The notes under the pieces: generated by a model
Told to the model about the DNA's origin: nothing
Databases searched by the model: none
The model's input: the letters and a program-made list of their open reading frames with translations, nothing else
Virus record (IMG/VR): IMGVR_UViG_3300020577_009873
Location: 4,638 to 68,637 of that record
Source: a virus
Lineage: Duplodnaviria; Caudoviricetes
Strand: one strand, 5' to 3'
Length of the DNA: 64,000 nt
In this document: piece after piece, positions 1 to 10,652 of the stretch
Layout of the letters: the number at the start of each line of letters is the position of its first letter
Position numbering within the stretch: position 1 is the stretch's first letter
Program-made: the position numbers and the translations under genes

Positions 1-10
1 CTTATATAAA

Positions 11-286
11 TTAATCTATAATCTGTTGGATTTTTTTATTACGAGCCTCATCAAGACCCATTAAAAAAGTTTCTCTTACATTTCTGATAACAAAACCGTC
101 ACATTCGATAGTATAACACCGGTGAGAAGATATGACTTGACCGGGCGCCATAAACCAGCTTTTGTTGGGGGTCTCTTCTGTAGTAGACTGTACATTCCAA
201 ATTTTATAATTGACACTATTATCGCCCGTTAGTGGGTTTACAAAGTCAATGTATTCTGGCCTAATGTAAACTTTATTTCCGAGCAT
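11..286 (-). CDS. hypothetical protein with C-terminal RNKKIQQII tag
   Basis: ORF in tightly packed minus-strand run. Confidence 0.7.
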   Translation of the reverse strand: MLGNKVYIRPEYIDFVNPLTGDNSVNYKIWNVQSTTEETPNKSWFMAPGQVISSHRCYTIECDGFVIRNVRETFLMGLDEARNKKIQQIID

Positions 287-638
287 TAGAAAAATTCATT
301 TTAATATCTTTATATATCATCCGATTTTCTTCTTCTAATATCTCTTTTTTATGATATTCTTCTTGATGACATATATGATCTATTTTGGTAAAAATTTTAC
401 TTAATGTAGATTTGCTAATGCTTAGTGAAATATTATCTACACTTAATTCATAGTTACACCAACATCCAGCACCACTCATATCATATCCAAAAATTCTATG
501 AATTGAAACATTAAAGTTGTCTATTTCAAATTTGAAACAATTCCCAGTTTCCTCTATTGATAGAGATGAGTCGATTTTATTTAAAATTGACTCGCCGATT
601 AATTCGTCTTTGTTAAAAAGTCGTCTAAGTATTTTCAT
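273..638 (-). CDS. hypothetical protein
   Basis: ATG-start ORF overlapping the next gene. Confidence 0.7.
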   Translation of the reverse strand: MKILRRLFNKDELIGESILNKIDSSLSIEETGNCFKFEIDNFNVSIHRIFGYDMSGAGCWCNYELSVDNISLSISKSTLSKIFTKIDHICHQEEYHKKEILEEENRMIYKDIKMNFSNARK

Positions 639-649
639 AATATGTTTTT

Positions 650-1021
650 TTATGGTTCAAATCTTTTTCCTGATTTCCACTCATCACAAAATGAGTTATA
701 ATTAACTGTTAATTCCTCATCGATACCTATTGATTTTTCCGCAAATAATTCTCCACCAATGGAGATAGTATTCGGATTATCAGAGTGATTAATAAATCTC
801 TCATTTTCTAAAGAACACTTCCAGACCCCATCCTCAAAATATCCATAAACATCTAAAAAATGCTTTTGTATTTCGGGAAAAGATTCATATTGTTCCTTAG
901 TAAAAATAATGGTAAACTCAGATTCTCGAAATATTAACGTTCCCTTATCTATTGATTGACATGAAAATAATCCTATCCCATGTATTTTACTTGGTCCTAT
1001 TTTTGTCTTAATAAATAACAT
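650..1021 (-). CDS. SET-domain protein
   Basis: SKIHGIGLF, RFINHSDNPN and EELTVNY SET motifs. Confidence 0.9.
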   Translation of the reverse strand: MLFIKTKIGPSKIHGIGLFSCQSIDKGTLIFRESEFTIIFTKEQYESFPEIQKHFLDVYGYFEDGVWKCSLENERFINHSDNPNTISIGGELFAEKSIGIDEELTVNYNSFCDEWKSGKRFEP

Positions 1022-1022
1022 G

Positions 1023-1442
1023 TTAATAAATTAAATCTCTCCAATATGGATCAGTAATCATAATCACCTCAACATTATGATTAAATGTATTTAAATATTG
1101 TAATTCAAAGTCAGAATTCTCAAAATGAATGTTAATTCCCATTTTAATTAAGGTTTCTGCTTTCAATTGCCTGTCAGTAAAAACAACATTTTTACCTGTT
1201 AGTCCCATTTCTGATGCTAGTTGTAGCACCTCAATATGTTCATTAACTTTACCCATTGAACCATTCTTTGGTGAATGTCTTTTTGTAATGATATAAATAT
1301 CATTACCCATTTCTTTTAGCTGTTTGAAGACATTTTGTATTTCTTTCTTTTGAAGGTTTGGTGTATTATCAAATTCATCAGAAAGAGTTCCGTCAAAATC
1401 AAAGCTAATTTTCTTACCTGTAGTATTTTTAACTCTATACAT
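1023..1442 (-). CDS. HAD-superfamily hydrolase-like protein
   Basis: ISFDFDGTL motif I; IYIITKR motif II. Confidence 0.7.
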   Translation of the reverse strand: MYRVKNTTGKKISFDFDGTLSDEFDNTPNLQKKEIQNVFKQLKEMGNDIYIITKRHSPKNGSMGKVNEHIEVLQLASEMGLTGKNVVFTDRQLKAETLIKMGINIHFENSDFELQYLNTFNHNVEVIMITDPYWRDLIY

Positions 1443-1858
1443 TATCCAAGTTTTTTAGTTAATATTTCAATTTTCTTTTTGTGACTTTTAATCTCACTTT
1501 GTATCTTGTCATTGATGTGTTTATTCCACTTTTCAGTTATATCATAAACCACTGGAACAAATATATCTTTATTCCACATCTTACTATCTCCTCTTATAGA
1601 ATACCTATCAATTGTAGATATTCTATTAATTGAATTTTTTGCACCACGTATAGTTTTCCATTTAGAACAAGTGTCTATACCTCTTGATCCATATGATTTA
1701 CTACACCATAATTGAGTATATCCTTTTGCACCTATTCGAGTAAACCATTTATAATCACCATCATATAATGAGGATGAATCTTCATCATCGGAGAATAGTT
1801 TTTCTAATTGAGTATCTCTTAATTGACTTTTCTCAACAAATACAATTGTGTATAACAT
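1442..1858 (-). CDS. hypothetical protein
   Basis: ORF coupled to neighbours. Confidence 0.7.
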   Translation of the reverse strand: MLYTIVFVEKSQLRDTQLEKLFSDDEDSSSLYDGDYKWFTRIGAKGYTQLWCSKSYGSRGIDTCSKWKTIRGAKNSINRISTIDRYSIRGDSKMWNKDIFVPVVYDITEKWNKHINDKIQSEIKSHKKKIEILTKKLG

Positions 1859-1859
1859 T

Positions 1860-2138
1860 TTATCTTTCTGATTTTAGTAGTGATATATGATCTATATAAA
1901 AAGTTATGGGTCCTAATGAACAAACTCCCTTCCTAATTAAATTTTTGTACTCTTCATCTTCTTCTAATTTCTTTTCCGTAAAATCAATTCCATTAATAAT
2001 GGATTCAATTTTCCCATCACGATTATCAATCATGATTCGATTTCTAACTGTATCTAATTCTTCCTTTGTAGCAAAGAGACCAGAATATACTAAAGGAATT
2101 TCACTACATGGATTTGTTATATTTCTATTGATCTGCAT
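1860..2138 (-). CDS. hypothetical protein
   Basis: ORF coupled to neighbours. Confidence 0.65.
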   Translation of the reverse strand: MQINRNITNPCSEIPLVYSGLFATKEELDTVRNRIMIDNRDGKIESIINGIDFTEKKLEEDEEYKNLIRKGVCSLGPITFYIDHISLLKSER

Positions 2139-2428
2139 TATATAATTTTAGAAACCTTTCCATAGACTTGTTTAGTCCATCCGTTTATTCCACCTTTATT
2201 ATTGCCAATTAATAAACCTCTAGCTAAATCTTTAGATTTAACCAAATGTGTATAATATCTTCCTCTCACCTTACAAAAAACTATATCATCTATCTCACAC
2301 AAATCCCATGTAATTGGAATTAATTCATGGTCTTGTCCGGATTTGATTAAAGGAGTCATACTATTACCCTTCTCTGAGGTAATAAATGTTTTTCCTTGTT
2401 CTAATTGTATTTGCTTCCAATGAGTCAT
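2138..2428 (-). CDS. S24/S26 peptidase-like protein
   Basis: GNSMTPLIKSG and DDIVF...THLV motifs. Confidence 0.6.
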   Translation of the reverse strand: MTHWKQIQLEQGKTFITSEKGNSMTPLIKSGQDHELIPITWDLCEIDDIVFCKVRGRYYTHLVKSKDLARGLLIGNNKGGINGWTKQVYGKVSKII

Positions 2429-2904
2429 TACGAAACAGATATATCAACAATTTTTAACTCCAATAGTCCAGCAGGAACAGTTATTTTAACTTTCTCTCCT
2501 TTAGTATGTCCCATTAATCCTTTTGCAATAGGGCTATTATGTGAGATTTTACCATTCTTAACGTCAATCTCATCATCAGTAACAATTAAAAATGTATTCT
2601 GCTTCTTTGTTTTAATGTTTTGAACCTTAACACTTGTAAACAATTGAACACAATCAGAACTGACAGATTCTTTATACACAACCACAGAATTTCTTATCTT
2701 ATCTTCAAGAGTTTGAATTTTGATATTAAGCATATTGATATTTTCCTTAGCAACTTCATATTCTGAATTTTCAGATATATCTCCCTTTTCTCTAGCTTCT
2801 GTTAATGCAACTAGCGCCTCTCTCATTTCTCTACCCTTCAGTCTTAATAGGTCTTCCTCAAGCTTTTTGAGGCCCGAGCTTGTAACCATTGATTTCATAA
2901 TCAT
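2428..2904 (-). CDS. greA: transcription elongation factor GreA
   Basis: EAREKGDISENSEYE and ISHNSPIAKGLMG motifs. Confidence 0.95.
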   Translation of the reverse strand: MIMKSMVTSSGLKKLEEDLLRLKGREMREALVALTEAREKGDISENSEYEVAKENINMLNIKIQTLEDKIRNSVVVYKESVSSDCVQLFTSVKVQNIKTKKQNTFLIVTDDEIDVKNGKISHNSPIAKGLMGHTKGEKVKITVPAGLLELKIVDISVS

Positions 2905-2972
2905 TTTATAAATTTTATATTATTTTTTAACGCTTAAATTAAATAATATTATATTAAAAATCACTTAAAAGT

Positions 2973-3242
2973 TTAATCTCTTAAAAGATGACCTAGTCTA
3001 ATATCTCTTACTATATCATTAAAGTCAACTGATCCTTCCATAACATCATCCACATTTGATATTATAACTCTTACCCAAGGATTATCCATATTTATGTCAA
3101 CAAATTCTGTATAGCTAGATTCTCTCGTATATAAACCAATAACCTCATTTAATATACACACAGGATCATCATGCCCAGTATAATTAAAAATCGCTATTTT
3201 TCCACTTCCAGATTTGACTTCGGTTATTTTAACATCTTTCAT
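2973..3242 (-). CDS. hypothetical protein
   Basis: ORF ending RDIRLGHLL. Confidence 0.7.
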   Translation of the reverse strand: MKDVKITEVKSGSGKIAIFNYTGHDDPVCILNEVIGLYTRESSYTEFVDINMDNPWVRVIISNVDDVMEGSVDFNDIVRDIRLGHLLRD

Positions 3243-3859
3243 TTTAAATTAAAGGTTTTTTTATAAACATTTTTAATAGCATTAATTCCTGCTGGTGTTA
3301 TTTCTCTTGTTCCGATTCCAGCAAAATCCTGAACAACTATTTTTGGACAATTTGATTCTATAAAGCTCATAGATGAATAACTCCATCTAAACCATTTTTC
3401 TGTTTTTTGATCAAAAACCCAAACATCTTTTAAGTTATCAATTCCCATTTGAACAGCATATCCTGTTCCACCGTCAACTGATTGATATTTTGAATTACAA
3501 CGATATCCCTTCGCAGTTTTTTCGCCAGGGTTTACAATTGTACCAATAGCAATAATTTGTTTTGAGTATTTAACTTGGCACCAATTTCGAGCAAGTAAGT
3601 TAATATACTTATCAATACCATATCGATTAAGCCAATGATTGGCCCTAAAAACTTGCGTAATTCCTTCTTTAAAGTCCTCTTCTGATATTTCAACTTTATT
3701 TGGAGAAGTATGCATTTTTGTTTTATATGAATATGCTCTGGTCTTAACGTTAATTTTCTCACCCATTTTTTCCCAATAGGTATCAGCTCCCTCTGCACCA
3801 CCAGAATGGCATGTAATATTATTAAGATCTATTTCTAATTCACCAAAGATATCTATCAT
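3239..3859 (-). CDS. SLOG/DprA-like nucleotide-binding protein
   Basis: HSGGAEGAD, LARN and GGTGYAV motifs. Confidence 0.65.
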   Translation of the reverse strand: MIDIFGELEIDLNNITCHSGGAEGADTYWEKMGEKINVKTRAYSYKTKMHTSPNKVEISEEDFKEGITQVFRANHWLNRYGIDKYINLLARNWCQVKYSKQIIAIGTIVNPGEKTAKGYRCNSKYQSVDGGTGYAVQMGIDNLKDVWVFDQKTEKWFRWSYSSMSFIESNCPKIVVQDFAGIGTREITPAGINAIKNVYKKTFNLK

Positions 3860-3911
3860 AATGTGTCTAAATTTTGACTTAATCTATATATCATTATAGA
3901 TATACAAACTT

Positions 3912-4505
3912 TCATATTTCTTCACCATCGGGCCCGACAATTTTATTGTTCATTACTTCCTTTATTTGTGCATATGAAATTGGAGTATAATCTATTCCAT
4001 TACACCCTACATCCATAACCTTTCTTTTATAATACCAATCCCAATCTTTGTTTAAGGTCATCTTCTGATGCACGTGGCCATGTAGGTGAATAGCACCATG
4101 ATAAGATTTATTCCAAGAAATAATTGGGTGATGATGTAAATGAAAATGTTGATATCCACCTTTTACATCAGGATCTTTAATATCAATCTTTTTTTCATTA
4201 TCAATTGTTGTAAATCGATTCATTTTAGATATTTCATTATATCTATCATGATTTCCTAGAATAAAGTGAATTGTTCCATTTAGTTGATGTGCAAACCAGG
4301 TAGAATATTTAGCACTACACTTATAGTGCCAATCACCTAAGAAAAACACAATATCATCTTCACCAACAACTCTATTCCAGTTATCAATTAGTGCAGTGTG
4401 CATTTCATTTAGTTCCTTAAAAGGTCTATTATCAAATCGTATAACATTTTTATGTCCGATATGAAAATCAGCTATAAAAAATATATTTTGTGTTTCAAAT
4501 CTCAT
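3912..4505 (-). CDS. calcineurin-like metallophosphoesterase
   Basis: DFH, GD, GNHD and HGHVH motifs. Confidence 0.92.
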   Translation of the reverse strand: MRFETQNIFFIADFHIGHKNVIRFDNRPFKELNEMHTALIDNWNRVVGEDDIVFFLGDWHYKCSAKYSTWFAHQLNGTIHFILGNHDRYNEISKMNRFTTIDNEKKIDIKDPDVKGGYQHFHLHHHPIISWNKSYHGAIHLHGHVHQKMTLNKDWDWYYKRKVMDVGCNGIDYTPISYAQIKEVMNNKIVGPDGEEI

Positions 4506-4852
4506 ATTAATTCATTTAATTTTCTATTTCTTATAATAGACACAAGATTTGCATTTTTATAATGCGATAAATCAAACATTACTATCCATCTATGCTTATA
4601 TAATTTGTGGTTTACTCTTCTAATTACAGCAAAACCTTCTTCACGTAAACTATCATTATCATTACTATCTAATAGTGGTAGATCCCAAGTATCCATTTTT
4701 TTGGCTTTTTTTATCATATTTAATGATCTATTCAGTTCTATTAAGCTTAGATTTTCAACCTCAGTATCAACATATGACAACAAAGTATAATCACTAGGCC
4801 CAGCTATGTACGCCAAAATTTTATCTTCTATTGTAGCAACTATAAATCTCAT
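4502..4852 (-). CDS. hypothetical protein
   Basis: ORF ending RNRKLNELI. Confidence 0.7.
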   Translation of the reverse strand: MRFIVATIEDKILAYIAGPSDYTLLSYVDTEVENLSLIELNRSLNMIKKAKKMDTWDLPLLDSNDNDSLREEGFAVIRRVNHKLYKHRWIVMFDLSHYKNANLVSIIRNRKLNELI

Positions 4853-5139
4853 TCTATTACTCTGTATGCCTTTCCGTTATGATAAATAATTTCAGGATTT
4901 TCTTCATCTTCTTCAGTATATCTTAGTAAAACACTAAGTAAATGGTCATAATCCCCACTCATACACTGATGTAGAACATATTGAATTTCTTCACTTGTCC
5001 ATTTGTCTGATTTAGCACGCTTCTCAAATTGTGCCATAAGATTGAAGGCGTTTCCATCCATTCCAACCATATTCATCTTCACTTTTCGATTAAATTCACC
5101 AATGGACTCTCTGATTTTAATATCTCTAAATTTTGGCAT
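4849..5139 (-). CDS. hypothetical protein (start MPKFRD)
   Basis: ATG at 5139 just downstream of a TATCTTTG box (5159-5166, minus strand); DGNAF...SGDYDHLL. Confidence 0.75.
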   Translation of the reverse strand: MPKFRDIKIRESIGEFNRKVKMNMVGMDGNAFNLMAQFEKRAKSDKWTSEEIQYVLHQCMSGDYDHLLSVLLRYTEEDEENPEIIYHNGKAYRVIE

Positions 5140-5184
5140 AATTATTTTAATATATATACAAAGATACAAAAATATAAGGAGATT

Positions 5185-5760
5185 ATGAAATTTATTCAAA
5201 AATATGAAAACTTCACAACTGATGATAATAGGGCAGATAATCAATCCTTCCCTAGATATAATCAGGCTGACAGACTTAAAGCTAAACAATATGTAGATCA
5301 AATATTTAGCGGTGGTAGTGGTCCAGAAGTCGTTGAAATGTGCAAAGAAATTGGATGCGATAGACCAACCAATGATGAAGAATTAGAATCAGTTAAAGAA
5401 AAAGCTCTTAAATATTTTATAGATAATCCAGAAAGAATTAAGGAAGTGGGTATGACGTTCAAAAGCTATCCATATAATGGGGGTGGAAATGATGGTATTG
5501 TTAGAACTAATAACGTAGGTGGAGTTGTTAGGGAATCTAAAGGTGAAAAAGATGTTAAGGTTGTTTTAAATGATGATGAAATGAAACTATTTTCATCAGA
5601 AACTCTTTTATTAGGTTTAATTAGAAAAAATAAAATATCTTTACATGATAAAGAAGTTTGGTATGCAAAGGATGATAAAGAAACTAAAAAGATATTAGAT
5701 TTATTCTTTGAAATAGATGATGATAAAATAAATGAGGGAATTGGAAGCTATGATATATGA
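5185..5760 (+). CDS. hypothetical protein with N-terminal MKFIQKYENF tag
   Basis: ATG at 5185 after an AATATATA motif. Confidence 0.75.
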   Translation: MKFIQKYENFTTDDNRADNQSFPRYNQADRLKAKQYVDQIFSGGSGPEVVEMCKEIGCDRPTNDEELESVKEKALKYFIDNPERIKEVGMTFKSYPYNGGGNDGIVRTNNVGGVVRESKGEKDVKVVLNDDEMKLFSSETLLLGLIRKNKISLHDKEVWYAKDDKETKKILDLFFEIDDDKINEGIGSYDI

Positions 5761-5834
5761 TGAAACTAGAGTAGAACTAACGGATAAAGAATATCAAGAA
5801 TTTCTTGAAATAATAACTAAACGTGTATAATAAT

Positions 5835-6257
5835 ATGAAACATATAAGAAAATTTAACGAATCATTAAATTATCCTACAATTGAACAAGTAGAGGATGCT
5901 AGCCCAGAAGAAGTAATGAAATGGCAAAGATTTCTTCCAACACCATCTAATAAAGAACAATCTGATATAATAAATGCGGTCTTTTCTAAGTATAAAAAAC
6001 TTAAAGATAGTGGAGACATCAATTCCGGGACATCAAAATCTGTTGGATGGAATGAATCTGCTAATAATTTTAGGGTAAGTATTTTAACACTAAGAAGAGA
6101 AGTAGATGGTATGATATTTAAAATTGGAGATAAATATAAAGATGCTAATAATAACGAATTTACTATTGCATCTATAACTTCTGGCGGTGCTGATATCTTC
6201 TATTTAAATGCAGAAGAAGGTGGATTTATTAATGTTCTTAACGCAGTAAAATCATAA
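5835..6257 (+). CDS. hypothetical protein with N-terminal MKHIRKFNE tag
   Basis: first 26 nt identical to those of 6262..6618. Confidence 0.75.
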   Translation: MKHIRKFNESLNYPTIEQVEDASPEEVMKWQRFLPTPSNKEQSDIINAVFSKYKKLKDSGDINSGTSKSVGWNESANNFRVSILTLRREVDGMIFKIGDKYKDANNNEFTIASITSGGADIFYLNAEEGGFINVLNAVKS

Positions 6258-6261
6258 TAAA

Positions 6262-6618
6262 ATGAAACATATAAGAAAATTTAACGAGGCAAAATCCACT
6301 ACTAAATTTTTAGATAAAGAATCATTGGATAATATGTCCAAAGAGCAAATTGAAAAATTTAGGTATGACTTCTTATCTTCTTTAGGAAGCCGTAATTGGC
6401 ATGAAACTGAAGAAAAGAGATATATCGAAGAACTTGAATTATATTCACATCTTAGGTTTAAACAAGATGTTATAGATCGTTACAATAGATGGAGAAAAAT
6501 GGATGGTGAAGAATATAAATTTATAAGTAAATTTTCAGATGATGCGTTATATAAATTAACAATTGACTCCTTTAAAAAAGAATATGGTGAGCCTAAATAT
6601 ATTAAAGTTGATATATGA
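6262..6618 (+). CDS. hypothetical protein with N-terminal MKHIRKFNE tag
   Basis: ORF with shared N-terminal motif. Confidence 0.75.
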   Translation: MKHIRKFNEAKSTTKFLDKESLDNMSKEQIEKFRYDFLSSLGSRNWHETEEKRYIEELELYSHLRFKQDVIDRYNRWRKMDGEEYKFISKFSDDALYKLTIDSFKKEYGEPKYIKVDI

Positions 6619-7070
6619 AATTTTTAAAAAAATTTAATGAATCCAAAGAAGAATATTCTCAAGAAGATATCGAAGACTATTATATCGATTTAATAGATAT
6701 TGGATATAAAGTTAGTGGGTGGGAAGATGAAAACGGATTTCATCCGCGATTCTATAGATGGCCAAGTGGTGAAATAAATATTGCCTTTTCTAAAGAATCT
6801 ATTAAGAATGCGGAGATTATAAAATCAACAAGTCTATCAAATTTTAAAAAAATAATAGAAAAAAAGAAAAGCGAACATATTCAAATGGATTCAATTTTAG
6901 ATGCGGTATATAATGGAAGCCAAAGAATTGAATCAACGATTGGGAAAGTAATAATAGAAAGAATTGACCTTTACGATGATGTGGGCTTACCACTTGAATA
7001 TCCGTCTTATATACAAATTTCAATAACACCCAATGATAAATCAATTGAAAGAACTAATTTAGATTCCTAA
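6615..7070 (+). CDS. hypothetical protein with N-terminal MKFLKKFNE tag
   Basis: ORF with shared N-terminal motif. Confidence 0.75.
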   Translation: MKFLKKFNESKEEYSQEDIEDYYIDLIDIGYKVSGWEDENGFHPRFYRWPSGEINIAFSKESIKNAEIIKSTSLSNFKKIIEKKKSEHIQMDSILDAVYNGSQRIESTIGKVIIERIDLYDDVGLPLEYPSYIQISITPNDKSIERTNLDS

Positions 7071-7556
7071 ATCTTCTAAATTATTATTTCTAATAATTTT
7101 AGACTCCTTAACAACTTTTTCCCAAATATTAATGAAATTTTCGGCATTTATTTCCTTTAATTTGTTTGATACAATCGGAAATAAATCATCAAATATTGAA
7201 CTATCAAGATAGTTAGATCTGTTATTCCCATAACTATGACTCATACGAAATCCACTCTTATTAATATTTATCTCTAGATTATTTATTCCTGAAGATTTAT
7301 TAGTGTTTGATGGTGATGAAATCGTCGATAGATCATCAACCATAATAGTCATATACGAATTAGAAATATTTATATGAACATTCTTAAATTCAATAAGGTC
7401 AATAACCAATTTTCTAAACTTTTTACTTATTTCTGGATCATTTTCACAAAAATCTCCGAGATATTCACCCTTCTTTTGATCCGATTGGATAGATATTGCA
7501 CTCTTAACAGCATCTGTAACCAAGTTCGATAATTTAGCAGCCATTTTCTTTTTCAT
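7059..7556 (-). CDS. hypothetical protein
   Basis: ORF ending RNNNLEDL. Confidence 0.7.
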   Translation of the reverse strand: MKKKMAAKLSNLVTDAVKSAISIQSDQKKGEYLGDFCENDPEISKKFRKLVIDLIEFKNVHINISNSYMTIMVDDLSTISSPSNTNKSSGINNLEININKSGFRMSHSYGNNRSNYLDSSIFDDLFPIVSNKLKEINAENFINIWEKVVKESKIIRNNNLEDLGI

Positions 7557-7579
7557 TTATCTTATATAAATTTTACTTA

Positions 7580-8644
7580 TTAATGTTTTTTAATAAATGT
7601 TTTTAAATTCTCATATAAAATTTTCGGTATATTGTCAATCTCATCATACCGTATCCTAATTAAATTAATATAATTATCCTCACAATAATCAGATTTTATT
7701 TTGTCATTGATTTTAAGTTTATTAAATGCATTTATACCACCAAAATGTGACACCGGCTCATAATGTTGTTTACCATCAAATTCAATACATGTACGCATTG
7801 ATTCAATAAAAAAGTCAAAAGGTAATTCAAATGTATTTCGACAATCTTGAAATTTTTTTTGCCGAACAAAATTTATATTCCAATCTTTTAAAATTTTATA
7901 AATTATCTTTTCTCCCAATGATTCACTACAGGATGGGCATCCATTTCCCTGTAAGTGTGATAATGGTCTTTGTGTAAAATCACCATGTATAGGACATGTT
8001 ATAACAACCTTTATTTGATTTTTTTGGTAATCTACCTTATCATAATTATATTTATAATCATGCACTATGTTTGACTCATTTATAAATTGGTTATTAGTTT
8101 TTCTAACTGATAATTTATAATTTTCAGGGCAATTTCCTATAATATGTTGATATGGCTTTTGTAAGTAAAAAATGCCTTTATATCCTATCATAACTGGGAT
8201 GTTACCAGATATAAATTTCGTATAGCTATAGTCATATTTTTTTCCATGCTTTTTTATAGATTTTTTTATAAAGTTTTTTGTATTTAAATTCTTTTCGGGT
8301 GAATGTCCCTGTAAGTGAGCTGAAGCAATTTGTTCAAATACTATTCCCTCATATATAATTTTAATTTTTTTCAATGCTCCTTTATATTCTACTAAAGAAT
8401 AGTCATACTTGTCTCCCCATACTTCTTTAGATTCCTTTATAAATTGTTCAGTTGTTTTTGATGGTGTGTTTTTTTCTGGACATCTACCTAATGTTAGGTG
8501 TTTTACAACTTTTTGTTTGTATAGTTTTCCTTGATATAAAATATCAATATCTTGATTAGATAATATATTATCTGATAGATTTGGATATTCATACTTATAT
8601 CCATGTTTTTCTCTCGCTTTTTCTAAAAATTCTTTTTTTGTCAT
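7580..8644 (-). mobile_element. putative free-standing homing endonuclease (repeated FIKxS..HGxKYDYS units, Zn site, Vsr/DUF559-like nuclease)
   Basis: repeated units, CPIHG...GCPSC, then FDFFI...IEFDGKQHY; divergent from recA. Confidence 0.75.
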
Positions 8645-8645
8645 A

Positions 8646-8739
8646 AATTATATATTATAATCCATTACCTCCCTTTTAATTTTAATTTGGAAATTTTAAA
8701 AAAATATAAAAGGGAGGCAATGGATTATAATATATAATT
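8646..8739. repeat. 33-bp inverted repeat between the endonuclease and recA
   Basis: 8646-8678 is the reverse complement of 8707-8739 with 1 mismatch; each arm contains AATATATA. Confidence 0.9.
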
Positions 8740-8764
8740 ATATAAAATAAAATAAAATAAAATT

Positions 8765-9997
8765 ATGGCAAAATCACAATCAAAAGAAGTAAAAAAATTT
8801 GAATTCTCCAAAGTTGGAGCAATATTAGATAATATAGCAAAAACAGTTCCAATTCATATTGATAAAGAGATGAGAGAAAAAACCTATATTTCTACTGGCA
8901 GTTATGTTTTAAATGCTGCTCTATCTGGATCGCTATTTGGTGGAATAGGGGATCAAGGTATATCAACTTTTGGTGGACCAGAAGCTAGTGGAAAAACATT
9001 CTTAGCATTAAATATAATGAGAGAAGCACAGAAGAAAGGATATTGTGTAATTTACATTGATACCGAATCCGCTATTAATAGGTTAGACCTACCAAAATAT
9101 GGTATTGATAACTCAGCAGAAAAATTTATTATAATTAGAGGAAATCAAGTTGAAGAATTAAATGTTACATTAACAACATTGATAGATGAGTTAAAAAAGG
9201 CTAAGATCGAAGGATATGAGTTACCTAAACAAATTTGGGCATTAGATTCACTCGGACAACTTTCTTCTAAAAAATCTAAAGAAGATTTATTAAAAGGTGA
9301 TATAAAAGCAGATGTTGGTAATAAAGCAAAAGCAATTGGATCTTTATTTGTATCTATAACAGCTGATATAAACTACCTTCGCATACCAATGGTGATAAAT
9401 AACCAAACATACGAAACAATGGAGATGTTCAGCCAAACGATCATGAAGGGAGGAAGACAGTTATATTATTCATCGAATAATATAACATTTTTAACAAAAG
9501 CTAAATTAAAAGAGGGAGCAGATGATTTAGATATAACAGGTCAATCAGGTGTTGTAGTTACTTGTAAATGTGTTAAAAATAGATTAGTTAAGCCTAAGCA
9601 AGTAAAAATAGAAATTTCTTTTGAAAAGGGAATGAATCCATATAAAGGACTTTTAGAATTTTGTAGGCCAGAATTTTTTAAGCAAATTGGAATTGGTAGG
9701 GGAAAATATGAGATTGATAAAAAAACGGGAGAAATGACATTTGTTCCAGGAAGTGGAAAATGGTATGTTAGTCATTTAGACAAATCTTTTTATGAGGGAC
9801 AGATGTATAATTCGGAAGTATTTACCGAAGATGTTCTCAAAAGCATGGAACCGATTATAAATAATTATTTTAAATATAAAAGTATATCAGAACAAGAAGA
9901 AGTAGAAAGAGAATTTGAAAAATTAATAGGAAATGAAGATATAGATACCGCTGACGAGTTCCAAGATGATGTAGATGCTGGTGATTTATTTTCTTAA
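8765..9997 (+). CDS. uvsX: RecA/UvsX-like recombinase
   Basis: Walker A GPEASGKT, YIDTES, LDSLG, KGG motifs. Confidence 0.92.
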   Translation: MAKSQSKEVKKFEFSKVGAILDNIAKTVPIHIDKEMREKTYISTGSYVLNAALSGSLFGGIGDQGISTFGGPEASGKTFLALNIMREAQKKGYCVIYIDTESAINRLDLPKYGIDNSAEKFIIIRGNQVEELNVTLTTLIDELKKAKIEGYELPKQIWALDSLGQLSSKKSKEDLLKGDIKADVGNKAKAIGSLFVSITADINYLRIPMVINNQTYETMEMFSQTIMKGGRQLYYSSNNITFLTKAKLKEGADDLDITGQSGVVVTCKCVKNRLVKPKQVKIEISFEKGMNPYKGLLEFCRPEFFKQIGIGRGKYEIDKKTGEMTFVPGSGKWYVSHLDKSFYEGQMYNSEVFTEDVLKSMEPIINNYFKYKSISEQEEVEREFEKLIGNEDIDTADEFQDDVDAGDLFS

Positions 9998-10015
9998 TCA
10001 AAATAATCCATTAAT

Positions 10016-10219
10016 ATGAAAGACAAAATATACATATTATTAATTCAGAAAAACCTTGATATAACTAAGTACAATGTAGAAAAGTTATATCAGGCAGGAC
10101 TGAATAAGATAATTGATAATATAGAATTTTATTATGACAAACCTTATTCGTGTGAGTCTGTTTTTAAAGAATTATTTGATAGGGGTGTCATGGAGGAAGT
10201 TAGAAAAGTCCAATCTTAA
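10016..10219 (+). CDS. hypothetical protein
   Basis: ORF whose stop lies within the terminator hairpin. Confidence 0.6.
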   Translation: MKDKIYILLIQKNLDITKYNVEKLYQAGLNKIIDNIEFYYDKPYSCESVFKELFDRGVMEEVRKVQS

Positions 10220-10236
10220 ATAGATTGGACTTTTTT
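10204..10236 (+). terminator. intrinsic terminator
   Basis: AAAAGTCCAATCT-TAAAT-AGATTGGACTTTT followed by TT. Confidence 0.85.
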
Positions 10237-10253
10237 AATTTAATATATAAATT

Positions 10254-10652
10254 ATGAACCATATACAGAGGTTTAACGAATATAATGGTGAATTTTATTT
10301 TGAGATAACTCCAGATGAGAATTATCAATATTGGAGAATCATTTATAATAGGCTAGGTATTGATGAGAATCTTTATGGTAGGGATAAGATTGAATATTCT
10401 AAAAAGGTTCCTCATTTTAATAGTTATGAATCTGATTATTTAATTAGTAAGGGATTTAAGTTTGATAATAGTTGGAATATAGAATGGAAGTCTTTGGTTA
10501 TTAAAAATGTCGAATCATCAAATTATTACATTTATAAAGGGTTAGATGAGTGGTATCTAGTTACTTGCTTACGGTCTTTCAGATCAATCTACTATAAGTG
10601 TGATCAGTGGGATGGGTTACTAAAGTTTTTAAGTGATTATAAATTACAATAA
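10254..10652 (+). CDS. hypothetical protein with N-terminal MNHIQRFNE tag
   Basis: AATATATA upstream; C-terminal DEWY...YKCDQWDGL resembles 61439..61807. Confidence 0.75.
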   Translation: MNHIQRFNEYNGEFYFEITPDENYQYWRIIYNRLGIDENLYGRDKIEYSKKVPHFNSYESDYLISKGFKFDNSWNIEWKSLVIKNVESSNYYIYKGLDEWYLVTCLRSFRSIYYKCDQWDGLLKFLSDYKLQ

